Under the pieces are notes generated by a model. That model made no database searches, was not told the DNA's origin, and saw nothing but the letters and a program-made list of their open reading frames with translations. This document shows, in pieces, positions 14,516-22,657 of a stretch of 32,000 nucleotides of DNA (position 1 is the stretch's first letter; each line of letters starts with the position of its first letter). The DNA lies in contig CP104013.1 in NCBI GenBank assembly GCA_025839675.1, forward strand, positions 3,840,001-3,872,000. Reading direction: 5' to 3'. Position numbers and translations under genes: made by a program. Source of the DNA: Candidatus Lokiarchaeum ossiferum (GTDB lineage Archaea; Asgardarchaeota; Lokiarchaeia; Sigyniarchaeales; Promethearchaeaceae).

Positions 14516-16744
14516 ATGAATCCAAAAATTCAACATCACAAATTTATCTTTGTTCTTTCGTTTCTCCTAATCATTGGAGGAAGCATCTTTTTAAAAGAAC
14601 AATTTAAAGCAAATTCTAATAGCTTCGATATTCTTCCTGTATCTGCTCAAAATACATCAAAACTTGAGAATAGGGAATCTATTGAAATTGACATGTTAGA
14701 AGACTCTCTTTCTGATTATCCTTTTATTCTAGGAAATGGGAGCTTCTCTGATCCCTATATTATTCAAAATCTCTCCATTTCTCCAGATAATGGTGTTTGT
14801 ATCAAAATTGAAAATAATAGAGATTATTTCTTGATTAGTAATTGTGAGTTTCTTATTTTTAGCTATGGAATAATTATATTAAATTCAACCAACATCTTTA
14901 TTCATAATTGTATTTTTAGCAATCTTGAATTTGGAATACATCTTGTGGAAAGTCAAAATACTACAATCCAAAACAATTTATTCAGCCACTTACGAGAAGG
15001 AATTCTCCTTCAGGGTTCAAAAATCAATTCCATATGTACAAATACATTTTCTCACATCAGATTCGATGCGATTTCAATGATTGGGGCATGCTACTCGAAT
15101 TTAATTTCCTTTAACGCGATCTTTAATTCTGGGACTGGTATTCTAATGGAAAGAGGTAATGATAATAATCGAATTATTTCAAATAATATCTCAAATCAAT
15201 ACCGAAATGCTCTTTCAATTGATGGATGTTCAAATACCTTAATAAAAAACAATTTTATGTCGAGAAATGGTGAATTTGCGATAAATTTCCAAGATAATGA
15301 GGAAGAATCTACTAATACTACGATTAACAATAACACTTTGCATTTCAACCGCAAAGGTGCTATTAATTCGGCTTCAGAAGATAATCATCATATTTCTGAA
15401 AACGATATAAAGAAATCATTCCGTCAAATAGCTATCCTTACGTGTTTATATGTGTTGGCTCCTGGAGTAGGTATTTTCTTCCTCGTACTTATTATCAAAC
15501 GAAATTTCTCTTCTCAAGTGTTGGAATTTTGTTCAGAAAACGCATATCTGAGCGGTATTCTATTCTATATTGGAGCAAATATTCTGTTTATTGTACTTTA
15601 TCTTAATGGGAGACTTTACACGTTATGTAATTATTGCATAGATCCAACTTCTGAGCTAGCAATTATTTTCAATATCGTGGTATTTATTCTCTATATTCCA
15701 ATAGTATCTAACAAAATAAGTCGTAAAAAAGAATTTCTAACAGGGATGTTAATTTCATCCCTATTTTTGAGTTTCATCCATGTGATATTATACTTCATAT
15801 CTTTATCCACCATTGAGATTTCTGCATACTATAGGTATATATTCCAGTATGGTCTACAAATTTCAATTTTTTATTTGTTTCACACAGCCCTTATACTTTT
15901 TTGTTCCTTGGGGTTAAAGTTTAATAAGTCATCAAATGAAATGATGCTAGATAAAACAGTAAAGCTACCGAATATTTGGATAAAAATTAATTCAATTTTT
16001 CTAATTGTGTTGAATTTAATCCTTTTTCTTGTTCTTTATTTTGATCTTACCTTTATGTTGTCTGGGATATTGATATCCATTAATTTACTTCTTTTCAAGA
16101 AGAACTTAAGAGTGACTCTTTATCTTGTCATTCTAATAAATTTAATTCGAATGATATTTACTGTTTTTTGGGTGAACCACCAATTCTGGCCTTATTTTGA
16201 CTATCTAAATACTTATGGTTCCATATTCGTTATTTTATTTACAATTTTTGAAATTGGCTTAATATCAAGACAAAGAAATGAACTCACATCAGATTCAATG
16301 TTAATTTTTTTTGGAATTATTATTGCCTTATTTCTTCTGTGTGTTCCAACTTTTCTTTTAACTTTACCCAAAGTTGTAGAACCACCTATATATCGCCCTG
16401 TCGATGAACGTGTCTTCTTTCGTTTGTTTTCAATTATTCTAAACTCGTTGTGGATTATTTTGGGTTTGGCTTTTTCTATAGAATTATGTCAAATTTTAAA
16501 TCTAAAAACGAATCGTGTTTCAAGAAATATCATTAAAATTGGGTGGTTGTTAATGTCTATGATCATAGGGTTTGTCTTGATGGTTTCCATTGTAATTGCA
16601 ATAAAATATCTTTATGAATCAGGGACAAGTACATCAGAAAGGCTAACAGATATTCTGATATTTTTGTTTCCAAGTTCTATTTTGTCAAGTCTATTTTATA
16701 TCAAGTCCTATCGGAGTAAAAAAATACTCACCAACGATACTTAA
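14516..16744 (+). CDS. Membrane protein: signal anchor + NosD-like beta-helix ectodomain (about 250 aa) fused to a polytopic membrane domain of about 430 aa
   Basis: N-cap GNGSFSDPYIIQNLSISPDNGVCIKI. This is followed by N/I/S-rich coils of about 22 aa (IHNCIFSN, IQNNLFSH, ISNNISNQ, IKNNFMSR, INNNTLHF, ISENDIKK), then about 12 hydrophobic segments. Confidence 0.8.
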   Translation: MNPKIQHHKFIFVLSFLLIIGGSIFLKEQFKANSNSFDILPVSAQNTSKLENRESIEIDMLEDSLSDYPFILGNGSFSDPYIIQNLSISPDNGVCIKIENNRDYFLISNCEFLIFSYGIIILNSTNIFIHNCIFSNLEFGIHLVESQNTTIQNNLFSHLREGILLQGSKINSICTNTFSHIRFDAISMIGACYSNLISFNAIFNSGTGILMERGNDNNRIISNNISNQYRNALSIDGCSNTLIKNNFMSRNGEFAINFQDNEEESTNTTINNNTLHFNRKGAINSASEDNHHISENDIKKSFRQIAILTCLYVLAPGVGIFFLVLIIKRNFSSQVLEFCSENAYLSGILFYIGANILFIVLYLNGRLYTLCNYCIDPTSELAIIFNIVVFILYIPIVSNKISRKKEFLTGMLISSLFLSFIHVILYFISLSTIEISAYYRYIFQYGLQISIFYLFHTALILFCSLGLKFNKSSNEMMLDKTVKLPNIWIKINSIFLIVLNLILFLVLYFDLTFMLSGILISINLLLFKKNLRVTLYLVILINLIRMIFTVFWVNHQFWPYFDYLNTYGSIFVILFTIFEIGLISRQRNELTSDSMLIFFGIIIALFLLCVPTFLLTLPKVVEPPIYRPVDERVFFRLFSIILNSLWIILGLAFSIELCQILNLKTNRVSRNIIKIGWLLMSMIIGFVLMVSIVIAIKYLYESGTSTSERLTDILIFLFPSSILSSLFYIKSYRSKKILTNDT

Positions 16745-16760
16745 ATCCAAATAAGATATC

Positions 16761-16769
16761 TTTTTTTTT
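16761..16769 (+). terminator. T9 tract after 14516..16744
   Basis: Nine consecutive T starting 17 nt after the stop. Confidence 0.45.
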
Positions 16770-16898
16770 CAATGCTGTTTTACTCGATCTTTTAATGCTA
16801 ACTCTGTAACTATCTAATATCAACCAACATTATTTTCCTATGCAATCTTAGTATTATTTCTACTCATTGAACAAAGGAAAAATCTTGTTATTTCAAGG

Positions 16899-17411
16899 AT
16901 GTGGAGAACTATGGGAAAAAAAAGCAAAGAAAAGTCTGAAACCAATTCAAATGACACATTTTTCGACGATTCCAAACCAGAGATATTTGCCCATAAAGAG
17001 CGAAAATGTTTGTGTCGGGGCTGTTATATGACCTTAAAGGGTGCTCATGAGCGGTTATTCGGGAAGAAATTGGGATATACAGCGGAAGATAAGTTGTCCG
17101 TCTATCAATCCATCGACGATTTTCTTCATTATACGCAATTTTTTGACTTAGCCCATTTTACTGAAGAAAATCAGGCTGATGTTCCCATCATCTTACATCT
17201 GATTTATTCTAATCGGGAAAAGGAAGAACAGAGTTTATGTGATTCTTCAATGAACGATGTAACGGATCTCATTTTTGAGCGCATTATCTTACCTTCTATG
17301 ACTCCTGAAGAAAGAATGCGTCATTTTGGATACAAAGAAAGTCATAATTTGCCCAATTCATCTCTTTATGGACCAAAAGATGGATTACCCTCGTCATCGT
17401 TTTATATTTGA
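16899..17411 (+). CDS. Hypothetical protein (170 aa)
   Basis: ORF only. K/S-rich N-terminus; I recognised no family. An alternative start is ATG 16911 (MGKKSKEK...). Confidence 0.5.
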   Translation: MWRTMGKKSKEKSETNSNDTFFDDSKPEIFAHKERKCLCRGCYMTLKGAHERLFGKKLGYTAEDKLSVYQSIDDFLHYTQFFDLAHFTEENQADVPIILHLIYSNREKEEQSLCDSSMNDVTDLIFERIILPSMTPEERMRHFGYKESHNLPNSSLYGPKDGLPSSSFYI

Positions 17412-17434
17412 AATGAAATACCAAAATTCCATAC

Positions 17435-18067
17435 TTAATTTCTTTTTTGAGCAATGATATACCGCAAATCATGGATATGTTCCCCTCGTCTGCCATGATT
17501 TTCTTTTTCTTTTATCATTCCAATATCCCTTACCTCAAAATCATCAAAATGAGTCTTTAAATCTGCTTCTGAAAAATAATGAACGGGACGTCCAGGTTTA
17601 CTTTCAAATGTATTGGTTTCTATTTCTTTCCCTGTTCCAAAGGATGATTCTTGATCGGAAAACACAACAAAATACATTAATCCTTTGGAATTTATGGTGT
17701 TGGCACACAATTTAATAACTTTTTTTCGGTTTGATTCTGTAAAAAGATGAAGAACGTTAAAACAATAAAGAGCATCATATTTTTCGGTGATAAAAGGAAG
17801 ATCAAACACCGAACCGAGCGTGATATCTGATTGAGGATCAAAAACCTGTGCTAAGTTGAACGCTACATCTGAAATTTCAATCCCTCCGGTTTTTAAATTG
17901 TTCGAAGAAAATAATTTTGTATTTCGTCCATACCCTGCACCTGGAACAAAAACCGATCGAATATTATGCGCTTGGAAATATTTTAATGCATTTAACGCTG
18001 TTTTACTGGGTGAATCTCCCCAAATCAGCCCCCCTTCGGAAAAACGACTGTTCCAATAATCCTGCAT
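17435..18067 (-). CDS. Class I SAM-dependent methyltransferase
   Basis: N-terminal W..RF.....WG..PS followed by motif I VFVPGAGYGRNT, then an acidic residue (GIEISD) and the post-I/II pattern FD..YCFNVLHL. Confidence 0.85.
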   Translation of the reverse strand: MQDYWNSRFSEGGLIWGDSPSKTALNALKYFQAHNIRSVFVPGAGYGRNTKLFSSNNLKTGGIEISDVAFNLAQVFDPQSDITLGSVFDLPFITEKYDALYCFNVLHLFTESNRKKVIKLCANTINSKGLMYFVVFSDQESSFGTGKEIETNTFESKPGRPVHYFSEADLKTHFDDFEVRDIGMIKEKENHGRRGEHIHDLRYIIAQKRN

Positions 18068-18088
18068 AGTTGAACAAATCTTAGCTTC

Positions 18089-19114
18089 TTAATTAGATTT
18101 ACCCTTATGAAAAGAAATGGCTAAGGATGATAATTGATCATTGATTGAAACTGGCAAGATAAAGGAATCCCCTTCATTTAGTACTACCCCTTCAGCATCA
18201 ACGAAAGCGCCATTATAATAGGTTTTTTGTTGAGCAAAGCGATCTTTTAAAACAAACACTCCTCGTTCGGGCTGTTCTATCACACAATGTTCTGAAGGTT
18301 CCGTTAATGGGTTATGTTCCAAAATAGGGTCAAAGAATTTTTCAGGTACAATAACAGGGAAATCGCGATTAAGAAATTCTTGGCGCCCAAAATACTGGAT
18401 ATTTTCCTTAAAAGGGAGATCCATGGTGATCTGAAGCTGCTCGATCTGTAAATAGGCTGGATCCCATTTAGGTTCTTCTACTACTTCAGTTACTGTAGGT
18501 GATGGAAATGGCTTTGGAGCTGGAAAGGGTGTCGCTTCAATCGATTTTAACTGGCCTTTTTTAATTTTTGAAGGATCTTGGGTTTTTTTCTTAACCGATT
18601 TTTTCTTTGTGGTCGCTTTAAGTTGTGTACGCGGTGAAAGAGGTTGTTTATTGCTTAATCGTCGAAGAATTGGACTACTGGATGGATCAAATGAAGATAT
18701 GGTTACTGAATCTAAGGCTTGATGGGTGGGTTGAGGTGGCATATATCCTCCGGAATTATATTGATTTGATGGTGAAGAGCCATGCATGCTTATTTTATTT
18801 TCCATCGGTTGCACATCTGTGATTTTTTTTAAATCCTTTTCAGTTTGAAATAAACACGTCTTAATTTCTTTTTCGAAAGCCTCATCGGGATTCGATCCCG
18901 CAAGAGTGGTGGCACAAAATTCTTTCAAATATTGGAGAAGTGCTTTATTCTTTTGATGGGTTCCATCTACAAAATCAAGTTTAGCTTGAATTTCTTTTAC
19001 CTTGGCGGAAAATTCTTTCTGTGTGGTCATTCCTTCTTCAAAGTAATGATTAATTTGGATCATAAATAGTTTCTGACTGAGGGAGAAAACCCAATTTAGA
19101 AAAATTAGACCCAA
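18089..19114 (-). CDS. FHA-domain protein with a long P/S/K-rich disordered linker
   Basis: The C-terminal 100 aa show FHA landmarks: YFGRQ..., SEHCVI, YYNGAFV, LNEGDSFILP. The middle of about 110 aa is low complexity. The track start is TTG; in-frame ATGs at 19063 and 19030 are alternatives. Confidence 0.7.
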   Translation of the reverse strand: MGLIFLNWVFSLSQKLFMIQINHYFEEGMTTQKEFSAKVKEIQAKLDFVDGTHQKNKALLQYLKEFCATTLAGSNPDEAFEKEIKTCLFQTEKDLKKITDVQPMENKISMHGSSPSNQYNSGGYMPPQPTHQALDSVTISSFDPSSSPILRRLSNKQPLSPRTQLKATTKKKSVKKKTQDPSKIKKGQLKSIEATPFPAPKPFPSPTVTEVVEEPKWDPAYLQIEQLQITMDLPFKENIQYFGRQEFLNRDFPVIVPEKFFDPILEHNPLTEPSEHCVIEQPERGVFVLKDRFAQQKTYYNGAFVDAEGVVLNEGDSFILPVSINDQLSSLAISFHKGKSN

Positions 19115-19150
19115 GTCGACTTTTTAAAGAAATGGGAGATAAATTAATTA

Positions 19151-19669
19151 ATGAATTCACAGCAAATGTTTCTAATCATTTTCGTGAGCATCATCGTGTT
19201 GGTGCTGGCTTTTGTTCTTTTGCTCAATTTTTTGAGAGGAAAATATCAAGAAGAATCGAAAGCTTACCGTGCCCATTATCCTTCCTCCTACCTCTGTAAA
19301 GATGGGGATAAAGTCAGATCCTTATCAGAGTTAGTTGTTGATGATTTTTTCTACCTTCATCGAATTCCTCATACTTATGAAGATGTTATTCTCAAAACGA
19401 GTGAGAAAAAATATAAGTATGATTGGTATTTTCCAGAAGCGGATATCTATGTGGAATTTTTTGGTTTTTCGGGAAAAAAATATAAAGATACTCAACGGGA
19501 CAAAATTAATTTTTATCGAAAACACAATTTAAATATGATTGCTTTAAATCCCAGCGATTTGGATGATCTCGGCACGAAAATCCCCGCAAAATTTGGAAAA
19601 CATTGGGATCATTTGATTCACTCACGTCACTGCCCCCATTGTGGAGATGCTTTAGACAATCGTGTTTAA
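19151..19669 (+). CDS. N-terminally membrane-anchored PD-(D/E)xK (restriction-endonuclease-like) domain protein with a C-terminal CxxC
   Basis: TM helix MFLIIFVSIIVLVLAFVLLLNFL. The core 'SLSELVVDDFFYLHRIPHTYE...YDWYFPEADIYVEFFGF...YKDTQRDKINFYRKHNLNMIAL' matches the S.E....fL...I.yeYE...PDFylP...iyiEyfG...Y...K..fY pattern. I recall that pattern from nuclease-like N-terminal modules of some UvrD/helicase IV-type proteins. The C-terminus has HCPHCG. Confidence 0.55.
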   Translation: MNSQQMFLIIFVSIIVLVLAFVLLLNFLRGKYQEESKAYRAHYPSSYLCKDGDKVRSLSELVVDDFFYLHRIPHTYEDVILKTSEKKYKYDWYFPEADIYVEFFGFSGKKYKDTQRDKINFYRKHNLNMIALNPSDLDDLGTKIPAKFGKHWDHLIHSRHCPHCGDALDNRV

Positions 19670-19807
19670 TTTCTTTTTCCTATCCTCAAATTTCTGAGAC
19701 TCCAGAATATTGGCTCCTTCTTCATCATAATTTAAATTCTATTCACCCGATTCACAAACGGAATTACATTTCATTAACAGATTCTTTCTGAAATAAATAG
19801 TAAAAAA

Positions 19808-20215
19808 CTATTTAGCTTTATCTGCAATTTTCTTCAAAAGCCAAACAACGAAAGTTACGGTAACAAACATGAAAAACATCGATACCATTTGTAATAAAAG
19901 CGTAATTGTGAGTAAAGCACCGTATACGATTACTATAGGCAAATATTTTAACCACCATTCATTACCGAGAGACCAGATTTCCAATTTACGAATGATACCA
20001 GACATGGAATTCCCTACTTTTTTGTTCAATATAGAGTTTGGGGAAAAGGCAAAAGGAATATAGAAAATTGCAAATACCCCTGCTGGAATAAGGAAGTAGA
20101 AATTGAAGTCAAATTTGTAAAATAATGCCCCAAAAATGGTCAAAACTGCCAACAATATTTCAATATGAAGTATATTTCGTATATTTTTTTGGGAAGCTTT
20201 GCTCAAAGAATACAT
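19808..20215 (-). CDS. Small integral membrane protein (about 4 TM)
   Basis: 135 aa with four hydrophobic segments; no family recognised. Confidence 0.55.
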   Translation of the reverse strand: MYSLSKASQKNIRNILHIEILLAVLTIFGALFYKFDFNFYFLIPAGVFAIFYIPFAFSPNSILNKKVGNSMSGIIRKLEIWSLGNEWWLKYLPIVIVYGALLTITLLLQMVSMFFMFVTVTFVVWLLKKIADKAK

Positions 20216-20376
20216 GATTATAATAATAGAAAAAAATGATTAAAACCTTAGGATAAAAATTCAAATTTGAAAATTTAAGATTACGGGTTCATTTTTTTAT
20301 GAAAAATAATAGTAAATAATGGAAATTTTCAAGAAATTAGCTAAAAAATTTATAGAAAAAAAAATTTCAATATGGT

Positions 20377-21282
20377 ATGGTAAGACTTTCATTATTTGAA
20401 ACAAAAAAAAGTCGCTTTGCCCCCTCACGTATCGGCGAAACATCAAATCCGTTAATGAAATGGGATATGATCTTTAATTTACTATTTATTACGGCGTTCG
20501 TTTGGGTGTATGACCAACCTGTACTGGCTATATGGATTTTCATCCAAATTTTTATCTTTTCATTCTTTTCTTTCAATTATCGGGGACTAAGTGTGTCCCT
20601 CCTATTTTTGATCTTATCTGGGATCCCCTTTTGGCTCTATATCAGTAATCCCCAAAGAAATGGTGCCGATATTATCTTGTTTGTTGGGATCATTTTAGCT
20701 GTCTATGGAGTCTTTTGGATCTTTATTGCCCTTAAAAATAATAAAGCCTATTTGGATTCATTAAAACCCCAAACTTGCCCTATTTGTGAAACGGAAAAAC
20801 ATGAATTTGTGCAACATTTAGGTCGTTTCATGTGTACGGATTGTTTTTACAAAGAAGCCTTTGAAGTAGTCGAACATGATGGAATTGAAATTTTCAAATG
20901 GGATTATAACTTTTTGAAGTTTCTGGAAAACCAAATTGAAAAGCCCATTCCATTGTATAAATCTACAGATCGAGACGAGATTGATTGGGAAAAGTTACCT
21001 GAAGAAGAGTTTTTCGGTTATATCATTGATGAAAAAAATATTAAGGCATTGTCCCTACCAAAAGCTGGAATTAAAGCAATTCCCAATGAAATTGGTTTGT
21101 TAACACATATTAAATTTTTAAATTTACAAGGAAATCAGCTGGTTGATCTCCCTCTTTCTATTGAACGAATTGCTTCTTTGCGGTACTTAAACGTTCAGGG
21201 AAACATTATGGAAATCATTTCCCAAGATTTAGAATACGTCTTTCGTTTTTTAAAAAAACGTAAGTGCATCATTCTTGAATAA
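20377..21282 (+). CDS. Membrane protein with cytosolic Zn-ribbon and C-terminal leucine-rich repeats
   Basis: About 4 TM segments, CPIC-x17-CTDC, then LRR units 'IKALSLPKAGIKAIPNEIGLLTHIKFLNLQGNQLVDLPLSIERIASLRYLNVQGNIM'. TTTATAG lies about 24 nt upstream of the ATG. Confidence 0.7.
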   Translation: MVRLSLFETKKSRFAPSRIGETSNPLMKWDMIFNLLFITAFVWVYDQPVLAIWIFIQIFIFSFFSFNYRGLSVSLLFLILSGIPFWLYISNPQRNGADIILFVGIILAVYGVFWIFIALKNNKAYLDSLKPQTCPICETEKHEFVQHLGRFMCTDCFYKEAFEVVEHDGIEIFKWDYNFLKFLENQIEKPIPLYKSTDRDEIDWEKLPEEEFFGYIIDEKNIKALSLPKAGIKAIPNEIGLLTHIKFLNLQGNQLVDLPLSIERIASLRYLNVQGNIMEIISQDLEYVFRFLKKRKCIILE

Positions 21283-21340
21283 AAGTTCATCCCTTTTTTT
21301 GCAAACCTTTTTTGGGTCGTTAAACAGATAAAGCCTATAA

Positions 21341-22105
21341 ATGAATCTTTTAATTATTTTAGATCAAACTCATCATGTGCTTTTATTTAAGAAGGATGAT
21401 GGGGCCAGTTCGCCTAAATTCCGACTGCCCGATGCTTCTCTTCTTCAAATTTGTCAGGAAAAGTGCATTCATTTTAAACATATAACAAATCCAGCTCAAT
21501 TTCCAGAGTATGATCAGATTGACATTTACATTTATCCTGCGTTTATTAATCCCTGTTTTCCATCATTGGAGAACAATTCGATTGAATGTGTATGGATTCC
21601 TATTTGGGAAATATCGGAAAACATGGACTTTTCTCCTATAAATGGGCAAACGTTGCAGAAAATTTATACTGAAATTATATTAGAAGGTTATTTTCCCCCC
21701 AATTTTAAATTTGATGTTTGGTATTTTGGAATGGAAGAAACTTTGGCTAATGAATTAGTAAAATTGGTTGTGTCTGGGAAAAAAACGGCAACCGCCAGTT
21801 ATTTTGATGTATATTCAAAGGAAGAAGAGAGCTTACCTCAAGCGGGAATGGTGTCAGTGATCGTTAATTGGCCAGGAATTCCATTGGTAATTATTGAAAC
21901 TACAGATGTGCAGATTCTCCCCTTTAATCAAGTTTCTGCGGAACATGCGGCTTTAGAAGGGGAAGGCGATTTGAGTCTTTCGTATTGGCGCCAGGTCCAT
22001 GAAGAAGTTTTTCGGAAAGATTGTCAAAATTTCAAATTGCAATTTTCAGAAGAAGCCAAAGTCGTTTGTGAACGATTTCGTGTGTTAAAAAAATTGAATG
22101 AATAA
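21341..22105 (+). CDS. ASCH-domain protein (YhfF/COG4405-like) with an unassigned N-terminal domain of about 125 aa
   Basis: The C-terminal half has 'LVVSGKKTATAS...LPQAGMVSVIV...PLVIIETTDVQILPFNQVSAEHAALEGEGDLSLSYWRQVHEEVF', the family signature as I remember it. Confidence 0.85.
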   Translation: MNLLIILDQTHHVLLFKKDDGASSPKFRLPDASLLQICQEKCIHFKHITNPAQFPEYDQIDIYIYPAFINPCFPSLENNSIECVWIPIWEISENMDFSPINGQTLQKIYTEIILEGYFPPNFKFDVWYFGMEETLANELVKLVVSGKKTATASYFDVYSKEEESLPQAGMVSVIVNWPGIPLVIIETTDVQILPFNQVSAEHAALEGEGDLSLSYWRQVHEEVFRKDCQNFKLQFSEEAKVVCERFRVLKKLNE

Positions 22106-22161
22106 TCATATGGTTCATAAGGAGTTTGTGTATTACCTTTGGAAACTGATACATACTTGAT

Positions 22162-22413
22162 ATGAATAAAATCCCAATTCAAATATCATCCCTTCCTTTA
22201 GGGGAAATCTCATTAATTATTATAGGGGCAATCATCTTGGCGATAGTTATTTTTGCCATCATTGACTATTTTAATAAAAAGAAAAGACATGAAATTTCAC
22301 ATATTGTTCATAATGAATTCGATAAGGAAGCTAAGTTAGAGCAAATGAGGGCAACTAAAAAGAGTAAACATATGCAAAATTTCAATCAATTGACTTCTGA
22401 TAGTCGACCTTAA
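22162..22413 (+). CDS. Small single-pass membrane protein (hypothetical)
   Basis: 83 aa with one TM (ISLIIIGAIILAIVIFAII) and a basic C-terminal half. Confidence 0.4.
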   Translation: MNKIPIQISSLPLGEISLIIIGAIILAIVIFAIIDYFNKKKRHEISHIVHNEFDKEAKLEQMRATKKSKHMQNFNQLTSDSRP

Positions 22414-22657
22414 TCTTTTTTACTGAGATTCCTTTTTTCTCTCATTTCCTTTTACTAACAAAAGTTTCCGAAATCACATGCTTTTTTTGGTAAAATTACA
22501 ATTTTGATAAAATTGATTATTGATTAGCATTCTTGAAAAAATCAATTCTAAAGATGTTTGTCATTCTCAATATCGCAGTCATATGCAATAAAAACTCCCA
22601 TAGTGAGGTCTTAATTAGAATAATTAATTAATCGGTGAAAATTTAAAAGAAATTATG

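Noticed and set aside
20367-20576. 69-aa minus-strand ORF overlapping the 5' end of the LRR gene
   Set aside because: It is antisense to a TM-rich coding region that has a well-placed TATA box for the plus-strand gene. The product is featureless.
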